The position numbers and the translations under genes were made by a program. Below are positions 23,068-36,226 of a DNA stretch of 64,000 nt, piece after piece (within the stretch, counting starts at the first letter, position 1; every line of letters starts with the position of its first letter). This stretch comes from Podarcis tiliguerta (taxonomy: Eukaryota): the NCBI GenBank assembly GCA_965153285.1, contig OZ229110.1. One strand, written 5' to 3'. The notes under the pieces were generated by a model. It did no database searches. It was given only the letters and a program-made list of their open reading frames with translations, and was not told where the DNA came from.

Positions 23068-26000
23068 TAAACGCATTCTAAAAATGTTAAAAGTTCAGTA
23101 CCTGTTACAGTTAAAGATTGTATAACACACTTGAAGGTAGGGTTCTTGTCAAGCATTTTAGGGCCACTTCAAACACTGAATCTGTCCTATATGCACACGA
23201 AAAAGCACAGAAGCTATCATGTACCTCATGCACTGGGGAGCGATGCTTAGTGGCAGTTTTCTCATATGTGCATTTGTGCAACATGTATATCTTGTAAAAT
23301 AAACACATGTATAGTCATGGCATGTGTCATGACAGGCTCCACATGCTTTCTGGCATTTGAAGTGGCCCTCAGTTAGATGCTGCATTCCGTGCACATTACA
23401 GGAACTGGCAACATAGCACAGGGATAAACCTATGTTAATAGATCTGAAGGCCCCTCGGTAAAAGGACAGCAGGGGAAGTGTTTCTTACAAGTGCCTTTGA
23501 AAATTACCTTCTGGTTTTTGTGGGTAAGGTTTTGGACATTTTTCCCCACTGTGTTTACAATCAAAATACTAAACTGGGATTGAGCGGATGTAAAAATAGT
23601 TGCAACTATATACTAAACAATACTTTGATAACACAATGCAAAACTACCTTTATTCTTCAAAAGGAAATCTAACATTTTACACTTCCAAGGAGGCAGGAAT
23701 TTGTTCACTAATGATACTTGAAAAGAAAATCCACCTTCTGCAATTCCATTTAGAGATTGTAAGAATGCTCTTCAGTTCAGTTCAGGTTTTTTTTTGTTTG
23801 TTTTTTTTTTTGTTCTAGCCAAAAATTAAAAGCCTGTCTTGGACTAGGCTTCTTTACAAAGTCATATTTGTTTGGGGAAGGAGAAAAGGGGAACGTATGC
23901 ATGGAAAGAGCTTTCATAAGAATATGTAATTATATTTAGAAAATCAACAAATTACTATATTTGAAAGTTATATATATTTAAATTGACATTTAAAAAATCT
24001 TACTGCTCTTTAGCTACTATAGAGGTTATCACTGTTGTCTCTGTATAAGTAGAATATATATGAAGAGCCCTGCTGGATCAGGCCAAGGGTCCAACAGTGG
24101 AACCCAGTGTCAGGACATGAAGGCAATAGTCTCCGCATTGTTTACCTTCACATCTGCTAGTTGGAGGTGTGCTATTCCTAAACATGGAGATTCTTTTTTA
24201 GCATCATGCCTACTAGATAGAACTAGTCTCTATTTATCTTAGGCATTTTTTAAGCTATCAAATACAGAGGCCTTTGCCACATCTTGTGGAAGTGAATTCC
24301 ATAAGTTAATTTTTGTTGTAATACTGTGAAGCCCCTGGTAGTTGGTTGGTTGTTTTTTTTTAAGAAAAAGAATAATGTGCATTATATACAAATATTGACA
24401 CCTCTGTTCACTGCAGTGATGAATTTCAAAAGTCCATTTGGAGGGCTTAATCCCAAAGTACGACTTTGCTGAAAACACACCTACATATGTGACAGAGCTA
24501 CTTTGCAGAATATATATATGCACTTGCGTCAGTAGAGGGTGAGGTGACAAATTAGTTGATTATAGTTTGCACAGGTAAAAGCAGTTTGATCTACTAATTC
24601 TAAGGCTTTGTTTTTAACATCCACAGGAAACCTTCCAGTATATAACCTACAAAGCGTTATTTTCACTTCTTTCTTTTATGGACTGCCACTAGATTATGAC
24701 TGCCTTGTGGCATGAAACCTGCATCAAGGGAGGGCCACAGCAGTCTAGCCAAAAGGCCTGTAGGTGTCCTTTCATGAAAGACAGAGCAAATGAGTCAGAT
24801 TCTCCTGTTGCATTAGCAAAGTACTATTCATGGACTTAATCACTTATGCTGTCACCTGTGGACTCAGTCTGAGCAACAAATGATGTCACCCAGAAATCTC
24901 CACACTTTATATGAAACTGCTTTATACACATTACTGGTCCATCTGTCTTAGTATTATCTACTGTTATCTATTCTGGCACTCCAGGGTCTGGGGCAGGATC
25001 TTTCCCAAACTAGTAACTTCAGATCTTTCTAAACTGAGTTGTCAGGGATTAAACTTTGGACCTGCTTGAAAAGCAGAAGGCCCCTCCATGTGTTATGTGG
25101 AGATCAGCCTATCCCTATACAGTAGCTGAGAAACTTAAGACTGATGTGATCATCATCTTAGTGCATCCTGTTAATGCTATAGTTCAGTGAGAAATCAATT
25201 AACAAACTAACAGCTCTGTTTCTACTAGGTTTGTGTGTGTTCTTTGTTTACAGGCACAGACATCACTCGGGATAAGTAGCATAGGCTAACTTAGTGTTCT
25301 TCTTGCTTTCTGGGGCTTATGGTTTTCAAAATAGTTGATTTGGGGGGGGGGGGGCAGGATTGTGTTATGGGGGAGGGGGGAAAGGAAGGAAAGAAGACAA
25401 ATGAGTCAAGAGGCCAGACTTCAGGAAGAAGTTTGTTTATGTTCTTGTTGCACCTTGAGTCTTTACCTGCTCCTTTGTGTTTATTTTTTTGACAATGCTT
25501 TATTACCTTTTCAAAATAAAACTGAAGTCACTGGATGCTAGCAGATAAGATACTGCAAGATCAGATTTTATCTGTTTCATCACATGTAGGCAGAATATAT
25601 TATTTCTCTTACAGCTCAGAAATCCAATTTCACTCATATTTAAATGACCTCACGTTCTGGAGAAAAGTGTCTCTCTCTTGCTGCACTATCTTTCTCTAGA
25701 ACAGTTGTTAATATTTATCTAAGCATCTGCTTTTCTTGTGCAATTTCCTCAGATCTTTGTTTCTCCCCACAATGAAATCATGTTTCCTGTTATTTATTAT
25801 CCTGCAGTGATTTTAGAGGTTTTGTAACTGAAATGTGCTGCAATTTCAGTCAGCTAAGTCGAAACAACCATATTTTTGTCAACTACAGTGTCAGAATTTT
25901 TGAATGACTTTTAAACATGGTAGAGTTGCGGTTTTAGGTAAAGGCACACAAATAATGAAACTTGTTTGCTTGTTTTGGTTATGATCCTTATTATTTCAAG

Positions 26001-26562
26001 AACCCGAAGTTTTGATCTATGAGCCTCTTCATGCGGCTTCATACGTGGTGTAAGAATCAGTGGAATATGAAACATGACTGATTTGGACATCTTTTTTCAT
26101 GCTTCTAGAGTCTTTTGTGAGTTGCCCTTATGCATATCTCCCTTGTGGCGAGTTGCATCCTACACTGATAATACACACTTCAACTCCTTTTCATTATCAC
26201 TCAAATAGTTCTAAACATCCTCAAGGATATGAACCACTTAATTTAATCAGAGTTTCTATACCATTATTGTTACATATTTATAGATCCAAGATCAGGTCAC
26301 TTAAAAAATAAATAACAATGATTGACCAATCCTTATATTACTGTGAAATATTTCAAGTGTCATCAAGAGACTATATATTATTGCTTTTTGTTTGCTAAGG
26401 TTCAAATAACAAAACTCTTGGTAGAAATATTAATTTTCTCCCCAAGAGCTTAAATTCATTGGTGTTGCACTTTGATTATCTGCACGAATCATTACAGACG
26501 CTGTAATATATTTTTGTACATGTTTTTAAGATTTCTCCTTTTTGTGTGTAACAGTTCTGGGA

Positions 26563-26585
26563 AATAAAATTCGCTGTTTAATAAA
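26563..26585 (+). terminator. Candidate EHD4 polyadenylation signals (two AATAAA)
   Basis: AATAAA at 26563 and 26580 followed by a GT-rich tract; other AATAAA exist upstream, so the true site is unproven. Confidence 0.35.
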
Positions 26586-26789
26586 GTTACTTGCATGCTT
26601 GTGGTTGGTTTATTCATTTGTCTATTCCTGTGGAGGACTGCTCTCCAGTGGTTAGAAGGTAGTATTGCAGGAGCTGGACTTGCTATATAAAAGTTCTAGA
26701 GCTGATACAAACTTGGTAATTTGGTATTATTGCATTGTACCTTTTCTGGATTTAAGTTTCAAAAATATTATTGCCAAATTATAGACAGG

Positions 26790-27237
26790 AAATTGGAAGA
26801 TTTCAAAATTTTACACCATAAACATAACATTTTCAAACCTTAAAAAAAGTGGTTCTTTCAAACCTTGAGATGTCCTCCTCTCCCCTCCATGGGTTCCAAT
26901 TCTAATTTTTTCCCCTGCATCTTTTCCTGTAATCTATTATATTTTCCTGTAATCTATTCTATAATCGTAAGTATCCAAAATCCATGTTACATTACAAGTG
27001 TCATTGTATTCCTGCCAATGATTTCAACCGTTTACAGTGGTCTCTCAGATATGTTAGAAAATTATTCCAGTCTTTTAAGAATACTTGGTCTTCCTGATTT
27101 CTGATCTTTCCTGTCAGTCTAGCTATTTCTGCATATTCCATCAGCTTGGTCTGCCACTCCTCTCTGGTTGGTATTTCTTCTTTCCATCTCTGGGCAAGAA
27201 GCATCCTTGCTGCTGTTGTTGCATAGTTCAGGTACAA
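26790..27237 (-). mobile_element. 5'-truncated L1-clade LINE 3' fragment
   Basis: Peptide YATTAARMLLAQRWK...EWQTKLMEYAE...W..F..Y resembles the non-mammalian L1 ORF2 C-terminus; boundaries approximate. Confidence 0.65.
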
Positions 27238-29123
27238 AAGAGCTGAACATCACTCCACTTATTGGAAACTGGAAAGGCAGCCATTTCTTTGAAGAATGTA
27301 AGCCTGTTGCACAAGTAGTGAAAATTAGGTGTCCCCAGGATTATTTGGGTAGCTTGTTTTCTTTTGTCATTACTCTCAGGTCCTGCTGTGCTCCATTAAC
27401 TACTGAAAATCAGCTGCCTTAGCACAAAATTTGTTTTACCTGAAGGAATGCTCAAATTTCTTTGGTTCTTTTTATATGATTTATTTTTCTATGTTTTTAT
27501 ATAGAAAAACAGTTCTTATATTTATCTGTAAGCTGCCTTGAGTCTTTGTCAGGGAAAAAGCAGTGTGTGTGTGTATGTCTTATTTTATCAGCCCAAAGGG
27601 TCATATTACATGGAATAAACTTTTGGCAGGCTAGCTGCAGCCAATGGCCCAATATTGTAAATTAGAAGGCTTTCTAATTCCAACACTTGGCATTTATTTT
27701 TATACTTTATGAAATTACCTTTATGGAATTACCTTTGTCATTTACAGCCTTGTACTATGGGCCAGGTAGTGACTGGAATAATCTCCTCCAACTTAGCGTG
27801 GGAGTTACATATTTTCTTTATCATGAGCACCTGTTGGCATCAGAGCCCAACTTCCTGTTCTAGTACATTATGTCAGCATCTGAACTGCAGATATATCATA
27901 ACCATTCTGCTGAGAACCTTTACCCCCAATATTCTAATGACCTTTTCCCTCTCCAGCCAGGTGTAGCGTTTTCATATAGATTATAAATACTTTCTCACTG
28001 TCACAGTATTCAAAGGTCACTTTGTATGCCAGAATAAACCAGCAGTTCTGGAGTAAAAGTGTTTATTCTATTGAAGGGTTTCTTGCTGGCTTTCAAAGGG
28101 ACATCTTTACAAGGCTGGGTAAGTTTAGACTTCAAGGAATTCCTTTGCTTTCTGTGGATGGGACAAATGAGAGTATAGGCATTTGAGTCATCTCAGAATT
28201 GCTTGAAGACAAATGTTATCCTTGCGAGAAGGTACGTTCTTACAAGTGACAGGCGAGATGTTCTAAAAAGAACTGACAGTCCTATTGTATGGTACTGCAT
28301 GTGCAAAAAAAAAAAAAAGTAAGTGAAGAAATGACAACTAAACAGAAAGCATAATCATTTTTAGCTGATTTTGGCTGACAAGTGATCCAGCCATTTCGCT
28401 GGGACCAGAGGTTAAGCAAGAGAAAGGCAAGGAGGATAATGTATCTTCTTCAGGAAGAAAAAAAAGTACTGAGGACTTCCCGAAATGTGCGGGAGCTGGT
28501 GAATTGTGGGCAAAAATCCCTCCTTCTGGCAGGGTGAAAGGGCTGCTTCAGAAAATTAGATTTCTGTAGCTTTTTGAAAACAGTTAATTCTCCCATTGTG
28601 CGGGAGGACCCTTGAACTTGTTGTGGAGTCCTGTGTATGAACTGAAAAGTAGGGTCCCAGCATTTTGTCTTCCCAGAAGTACATGTCACTAGGGTATATT
28701 TCGCCAGCAAATAGTGACCGTCATCATTTAAACAATATTTGAGCACAGGTCTGAGGAGGTTTTGGTTGTGGGTCATCTACCACATCCCCTAAGACCAGAT
28801 CTGACCACAAAGATCTTTCAAGCACCACTATTCAGTCACTGCGCCATAAAAGTTGGTTGTGGGGAGCCCAAGTACATTTTTGGGTGAACCAATTGTGTCC
28901 TGTGTGTTGGATTTGTTAAGTAAGAAATGATGGCATCACACACGAATGCTAATTTTTCTGAAGTTTTGATGAAACTAATCATCAAAGAAATTATTTTTTA
29001 TATAGCAAATATTAACTAACCTAACCAAGTTCATATTACAAATGGGGAAAAATAAGGAAAATGTCTTTAATGTACAAATTAGGCAGGCAGAATGCTGGTG
29101 TCTTTCTTCAGAAAGCACAATTA

Positions 29124-29384
29124 CAGTATTTTTCACTCTATAAGATGCACCAGACCACAAGACGCTCCTAGTTTTTGGAGGAGGAAAACAAGAAAAAATA
29201 TATATTCTGAATCTCAGAAGCCAGAACAGCAAGAGGGATCGCTGTGCAGTGAAAGCAGCAATCCCTCTTGTTGTTCTGGCTTCTGGGATAGCTGCGCAGC
29301 CTGCATTCGCTCCATAAGACGCACACACATTTCCCCTTACTTTTTAGGAGGGAAGAAGTGAGTCTTATAGAGCAAAAAATACGG
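29124..29384. mobile_element. Tc1/mariner-pogo type MITE
   Basis: TIRs CAGTATTTTTCACTCTATAAGA / TCTTATAGAGCAAAAAATACGG with TA flanks; internal palindrome. Confidence 0.75.
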
Positions 29385-30508
29385 TACTTAGAAACTAGTG
29401 CAAGTGGAACCAGAAAAGCAGGCCGTCATTAAGAGCAAACTGAGTTAAGAATATATGAGGTTTACCAAGGAGTCCAGCACTCTTGCGTATGCAAAAGATG
29501 CCTCTCCTCAAGTAACCACAGGGGCCCATCAATAGGAGGCAGCTACTGGTTTGGGGAGCCCTTGCCCTCAACTCAATCTCTGGAACTGCTTCCAAGATCT
29601 CTTTGTTAGTAAGAGGAAGCTTATACTGAGCCAGACATTTGGTCCATCTAGCTCAGTATTGTCAAGGGTTCAGTATTTCAAAGGTTCCCAAAGTATGGTT
29701 TGTGAACCACATTCAGGTGGTCCCTAGCATGTCTGTAAAAATAAAATTATAAACCATGCAGCTTCTAGTACGGCCTGATACATACAACATGCAGGCAAAT
29801 CATGAAGTGTTCAACCAAGACCCTCAGAAATATTCAAGTGGTCCATGGGGGCAGGGGGAGCTTGGAAACCTCTGGTCTAGACTGGCTGGCAGCATCTCTT
29901 CAGGGTTTCAGGTAAGTAGTCTTTCTCATTCCTACCAGGAGATGTCAGGGATTGAAACTGGGACTTTCTGCATGCAAAGCACACTACCATTGAGATTGGT
30001 CACTCCCCAAAATTGCTAACACTGCATTCTTTGGGTGCAATCTGAAGTTCTTTGTCTTTCAAAGACAAAGGAAAGAGAATAGAAGAAAGGCATGCCCAGC
30101 CCCATTATTTATTTTATTTCAATGTTGAAAAGCCAAAACTAGTATTTACGTTTTTCTCGTTACAGTTTTGTTAACACTTTAATCCGATAGCTTTCCAAAG
30201 TGTGTTCAGCTTAATAGAGATCTTCCTTGGTTGTTCTCAGCTTATTAGTTGGTGAGTAGCAGCACCCACTTCCTTTTGGCAAGAAATGCATTGCAGGAGG
30301 TGTGAAATTGGTTCTGACCAGAGAGGAAGTGAAACGGAAGAACGTGGGCTGGTAGTTTTCTGTTGAATGCATAATCTGGTCACATTCCTTGGCTTCAAGG
30401 AGAACAAGAAAGCTCAAGAATGCAAGAGAATTGGCAGCCAGCTGGGGTGGGTGATGCATGGTTATTTTGGGAGGAGTCATGTTGGAATGTTTCTGTTTTT
30501 AGGGCACC

Positions 30509-30619
30509 ATGGAGGAAGAATATGTTCAAGGACAGTTCAAAAAGCTGCAGGAGCAGCGTATGACCATGCAGAAGAAAACGTTCACCAACTGGATCAACAA
30601 TGTGTTCTACAAACATGGT
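30509..30619 (+). CDS. SPTBN5: SPTBN5 first coding exon ([31 protein letters not shown]), CH1 domain
   Basis: Acceptor at 30502, Kozak [17 protein letters not shown] motif, gtaggt donor in phase 0. Confidence 0.9.
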
Positions 30620-32067
30620 GTAGGTACTTTCCTCAAGCTCCTTCAGATGTGATCAGCTTAAAGACTTCCTTGGTGGACTGACAAACAACTCATGGAAAGC
30701 CCCTGACAAACTTTATCCATACAGTATCATTAACTGCGAGCTGCAACAGTGTAAGCAATGGATTTTGAACTTCCATTGACATCTAAGGTTACCTCATTCA
30801 AGATGGCTTCAAAACAAACACCAGCCTGGGCAAAGCATTAGTGCAGCATCTGAAACCATTGTGCCTTAGTACAATTTGCTATTACTTAAACATTTTAGTA
30901 ACTTGACAACTGCAATTTGCTGTCACAGATAGAGCTTCTCAAACTCTGTAGGTTTTCAGTCAAGGCCTTTTCCCCATTCAGCTGTGAGTCATCAGGTTGT
31001 ACTTGTCAAGATGTATGTGTCATCCTTAATGCTTTCGTTTACACCAATTACAAGCTAATATAATATTTATGACTAGGCAGTTAATGTTTTAACATCAACC
31101 CAGAAGGTATTTCAGCTGTCAGAGCTGGACATAGACATTTTAATCATTCATTTACAGTAATTCCATTGATGAATTGCTCCCTCAGAAACATCTCAAAGTG
31201 ATTAACAGTGACCGCACCAATAATGAAAGCAGTAAAAGCAATACCATGTATTAAAAAAAAAAAATCAAATCCAGTACAGATAAAGACTGCAGTGACAATA
31301 AAATCTCCACTTAAAAGGCTTTGACGTGCACCAAAAAGATGCTAGAGGTGGCACCTGTCTGATATGTGAGAGAGAGATTCACAGTTGGTGCCTCTACACT
31401 AAAGGCCTGATTCCTAGTCGTAGGGAACAGACCTCTGGATGAGATGGTATCTGCAGGAGGCCCTCTCCAGTAAAAGCACAGTGATTGGTTGGGAATTATA
31501 AGGGGCGAGATCAGATATCCAGGTACCAAGCCTGGTACCAAGGTTTTGCATACATGTGCTAGCTGCTTGAACTTAGCCTGGTAGCGAATCGGCAACCAGA
31601 GCTACTGCTTTTTGTTGCAGCTTCTGGAACAAAGATTGACCTTTTAAAGTTGCAGTCAGAAGCACCAAACTGTTGCTAAAAATGTGTTTTAAATGAAGAT
31701 TCTGGCAGCGTATCAGCCAATGGATTGAAGGCTGCAAATATTCCAATCACCCTTTCAGCTGACTAGAATAGGGGATATTTGTCAAGAATCCACGGAGGAC
31801 AGTGTAGGTAAAGGAGTATGGAGAAGTTGTTCAGACCTACCCATAGTTTCTTTCCATGTGCAGTCCTGTTCAGAATATTAAATGATGTGAATTCAATTGG
31901 CTCAGAAGCAAATAATTTCTCTCTTCTCTTCTCTTCTCTTCTCTTCTCTTCACGCCAGTCAAACAGCAAGTACAGCACTTGCTTGCCATTATCTATCCTT
32001 GTGTGACATCTGTTCATGTCATTGGCTGTGAAATTTTGGCTGAATTCTTTGATGCTTCATTTTGCAG

Positions 32068-32235
32068 GTGGACATTAGGATTCATGATCTCTATACTGAA
32101 CTGAAAGATGGCATTTATCTCCTGCAGCTGTTAGAGCTGCTGTCTGCTGAGCAACTGCCCAGACCAAACAAGGGTAAAATGAGGGTTCATTTTCTGGAGA
32201 ACAACAGCAAAGCTATCCAATTCCTCAAAACCAAG
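32068..32235 (+). CDS. SPTBN5: SPTBN5 exon, CH1 ([20 protein letters not shown])
   Basis: AG/GT, 168 bp, CH-domain motif. Confidence 0.93.
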
Positions 32236-32519
32236 GTGAGAACGTAAAGGTACAATGCAGACTTGTCAAGTTGCAGGACAGTGTGAGGTTGCATATTTAT
32301 AAATTTATGTTTAATCTATAGTCCGTCAGGTGTCATTGGTACACAAATTTAAATAAATTCTCTTTAAGAGTAATGTTAATTAACAGTAATGGAACAGTTT
32401 TAAACTATAGTTCCATAGAAAGGTTAAAGTCTTCCCCCTATTTCTTTTTTAATGTTGGAGATAGTTGATATATTTTGATAATTGCGTGTGTTCTGTGTGA
32501 ATCAGGTGCTTTTCCTCAG

Positions 32520-33320
32520 CCACTCTTGGCAGCTTATAGCATATCTAAAAACATAAAACATCAAGATTAAAAAACCTCCTGATACAGGGCTGCCTTCAGA
32601 TGTCTTCTAAAAGATGTATAATTCTTTATTTATCTCCCTGACATCTGGTGGGAGGGCATTCCACAGGGAGAACACCACTGCCAAGAAGGCCCTCTGCCGA
32701 GTTCCCTGTAACTTCGCTTCTCGCAGTGAGGGAACGACCAGAAGGCCCTCGGCGCTGGACCTCAGTGTCCAGGCTGAATGATGAGGGTGGAGATGCTCCT
32801 TTAGGTATACTGGGCCAAGGCCATTTAGGGCTTTAAAGGTCAGCACCAACACTTTGAATTGTGCTCAGAAATGTACTGGGAGCCAGTGAATTTCCTTTAG
32901 GACCAGTGTTATATCATCCTGGCTGCTACTCCTGGTCACTAGTCTAGCTGCCACATTCTGGATTAGTTGTAGTTTCCGAGTCACCTTCAAAGGTAGCCCC
33001 ATGTAGAGTGCATTGCAGTAGTCCAAGCGGGAGATAACTAGAGCATGCACCACTCTGGCAAGACAGTTTGCGGGAAGGAAGGATCTCCACCTGTGTACTA
33101 GATGGAGCTGGTAGACAGCTGCCCCAGGCACAGAATTGACCTGCACCTCCATGTACAGCTGTGAGTCCAAAATGCCTCCCAGGCTGCTCACCTGGTCCTT
33201 CAGGGGCACAGTTACCCCACTCAGGACCAGGGAGTCCTCCACACCTGCCTGTCCCCGCAAAACAGTACTTTTGTCTTATCAGGATTCAGCCTCAATTTGT
33301 TAGCCACCATCCATCCTTCA
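32520..33320 (-). mobile_element. L2-clade LINE 3' fragment (frameshifted RT C-terminus)
   Basis: KLRLNPDKT and SRLDYCNALYMGLP...LQLIQN motifs; related fragments at ~31180-31600, 43660-44000, 53660-53815 and 54610-54735. Confidence 0.8.
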
Positions 33321-33634
33321 ACCACAGATTGGCAAAGTTGACTGGAACTGATGGGAGTTGGAGTTGAACAACATCTGAAGGGCCATAGGCTGACCACTTC
33401 TGCTTTATCCATCCATCTGTTCATTCTTCAAAAAAATTCCCCATGAGTTTCCAGGGCAGGTTACAACAATGTAAAAATACAACATTGAAACTAATTAAAA
33501 CAAGCTTAAAGCCTCAAGTTGTAGAAAGTTGTGTTTTTGCATTGTTGTAACCTGCCCTGGAACCTCATGGGGTTTACAGAAACAAACTGACAATGGTAAT
33601 AATTGCTGAAAAGCTACATTTGTGCATTTAACAG

Positions 33635-33751
33635 GTACAGGTGAAAGTAATTGGACCTGAGAACATTGTAGATGGAGACCGAACTCTCATTCTTGGTTTA
33701 ATGTGGATAATTATCCTCAGATTTCAAATTGCATCCATCAGACTTGATAAG
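33635..33751 (+). CDS. SPTBN5: SPTBN5 exon, CH1 ([27 protein letters not shown])
   Basis: AG/GT, 117 bp. Confidence 0.93.
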
Positions 33752-33913
33752 GTAAAACTGTTCTTTAAAAGCCTTTGTCCTCTTTGCTTTCTGTTGTTCC
33801 AAAATGTCCTTGATCCCTAGCAAAGTGAAATTTGACTCTTAGGTTTCTAATTAGATTGAAAGCCTAGTCTAAGTAAAGGATTCAAGTGTTTGCATGTGAA
33901 TAGGGGAAGTGGC

Positions 33914-34146
33914 CTCCTGCCAACCTAGCAGTTCGAAAGCACATCAAAGTGCAGGTAGATAAATAGGTACCACTCCGGCAGGAAGGTAAACGGTGTTTCC
34001 ATGCGCTGCTCTGGTTCGCCAGAAGCGGCTTAATCATGCTGGCTATATTACCTGGATGCTGTACGCCGGCTCCCTCGGCCAATAAAGCGAGATGAGCGCC
34101 GCAACCCCAGAGTCGGCCATGACTGGACCTAATAGTCAGGGGTCCT
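33914..34146 (+). mobile_element. 5'-truncated Sauria-type SINE
   Basis: 13-bp TSD TAGGGGAAGTGGC (33901-33913 / 34147-34159); body recognised from memory as Sauria SINE. Confidence 0.75.
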
Positions 34147-34464
34147 TAGGGGAAGTGGCAGAGAGAGAGCCTCTTTACTTGAGGGTAATTTAACTTTAGC
34201 TAGCACAGTAACACCCACCACCACCACCAAGTGTAACATGCATCTAATAATAAGTGGTTAATAAACTGTAGATAGAAAATGCCTCACTAAATTTATAATT
34301 ATAAATCCTTAAATTCAGTTTGTAAAAAAAAATAAAAAATGGTTTCATCCTAGAGCAAACTTGTGAGAAGTTTTCAAATCTGGATATGTTGTTGCATGGC
34401 AGATTTTCAGTTACCGGTATATATGCAATTGTCCTTTGAGTTTTTCTCCTTGGTGTGTTTCTAG

Positions 34465-34622
34465 GAAGAGTTTGGAGCTAAAGCCAATGTCCTTTCTGCC
34501 AATGATGCCCTGCTGGTCTGGTGCCAGTATAAGACTGCCAGCTACCCCAATGTCAATGTGAAAGACTTCTCCAAAAGCTGGAGTGACGGGTTAGCCTTCA
34601 ACGCACTCATTCATGCTCACAG
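34465..34622 (+). CDS. SPTBN5: SPTBN5 exon, CH2 (ALLVWCQ...[16 protein letters not shown])
   Basis: AG/GT, 158 bp. Confidence 0.93.
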
Positions 34623-35997
34623 GTAAAGGAGAACTAGGAGATCCTGCAGCAGTAGCTCAGACTTTCCCGTAATTCTTTAATGGAGAAGGTGATCAAATCT
34701 GACAAGTTGAATAATTTTTTGCGGACAATATCATGTTAGACAAATGGAAATTATTTGTTAATGAGCTCAGAAAAGTTACTAGAGATAAAAAGGTGCTTTT
34801 CAAAAATTGTAAATTGGATTCCACAAGGATTAGGATGGGTTGGGATAAAGAATAGGGAATTTCCACAACCTTTAGTGCAGGACTTCTGAGCTCCCAAAAA
34901 TAGGCTTCTCTCTCACCTAGCCCTTAACATCAGAAGCCAAGTTCATGCCCTGACACCAAAACTAACCTTCCTTGATTCAATAAGCTGCTAGGAGCTTGAA
35001 CTGGGCAATAGGGCTTGTTTCTAAAGTTCAGATTTCAGTTTCTCTTCCACCTCCCATGGTGTCCTTTGTTCTTCCTCTCTCTTGCCACCACTTCCCGGGC
35101 AGGGAACAGGTGGAACCCTTATGCTTTCTTTTTCCTCAAAACAAAAGAGAAAGGAAAGGGGCCCATTTATTCCCTTGCTAATGCCTGATCAGATTTCTTG
35201 ATCAGCCTCAGTTGCCCAGAGTAGTGAAGGTGGTGAAGGAGATTGTCTGGAGCTCTGCTCCACGACAGCACCCCGTGTTAAAGAATAAAGTCATTTTTTA
35301 CAGGAAGGATGTTGTGATGACTGTCATTGAAATGGTGTCATTGTAGGCTCACCTCCTCACCTACCCTGAGGAGCTGGTCCCTAGACCTGATTGCTGTAGT
35401 CTCACCTTAGCAGCACCCCCAACAATGTGGTCTGACCCAAGACACACCAGGAGTTCCTAGCTAACTGGAGATTGAACTCAAGTCTTCTAAATCTGGTTGT
35501 GGCTGCTCTATGCTCCTCCCAACCTCACTTGTCTCTTTTAACTACGCATACTAGAAATTCCATCAGCTGAACCAGAGGGAGAGATTGGAAATGGCCAACC
35601 AACACCATTCTTTGGGCTCTGCTGAGAGACCAGCTTCAATGGAGTCTTCCTCTTTCTGAACGGCTTCCATTTCAGATGGCCATCTGAGAACAGATGCCTG
35701 AATCTGCTTGTTTTCCCTTTTCCACCCATTCCGTTTTCCTTATGTGCCATGTCTTTCAGATTGCAAACCCATGGACCAGGGCTGCCTTGTTTTCATTTGA
35801 TCTGATGTAAGCCCTTTTGACTGAAAAGCGAAGCAAAAGAATTGCTTGAATAAATAAAGGGTAGTGAATGGAAGATTGAAATGCACTTTAGGTAGTATTT
35901 CTCAGGCACGCTCGACTTTACATGCAAGTCTCATTTCATTTTTGAAACATAACCTTCCTTGTATGTTTCCCCATCACCCCTTCTTTCATCTCCCCAG

Positions 35998-36226
35998 GCC
36001 TGATCTCATCCAGTACAGCTCGCTGAGGCATGACCAGCCCATCAGTAACCTAAATAATGCCTTCACTGTGGCAGAGAAGCAGCTGGGAATCACAAAGCTG
36101 CTGGATGCTGAGGATGTGGCCGTGCCATTTCCAGATGAGAGATCCATCATGACTTACGTGTCATTCTACTACCATTACTTTTCCAGGCTGAAGCAGGACC
36201 AGACTGTCCAGAAAAGGCTCACCAAA
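35998..36226 (+). CDS. SPTBN5: SPTBN5 exon, CH2 (PDLI...PDERSIMTYVS)
   Basis: AG/GT, 229 bp. Confidence 0.93.

Noticed and set aside
27980-28325. Possible SPTBN5 promoter and non-coding first exon (TATAAA ~27982, gtaagt ~28319)
   Set aside because: Motifs too short to support without transcript data
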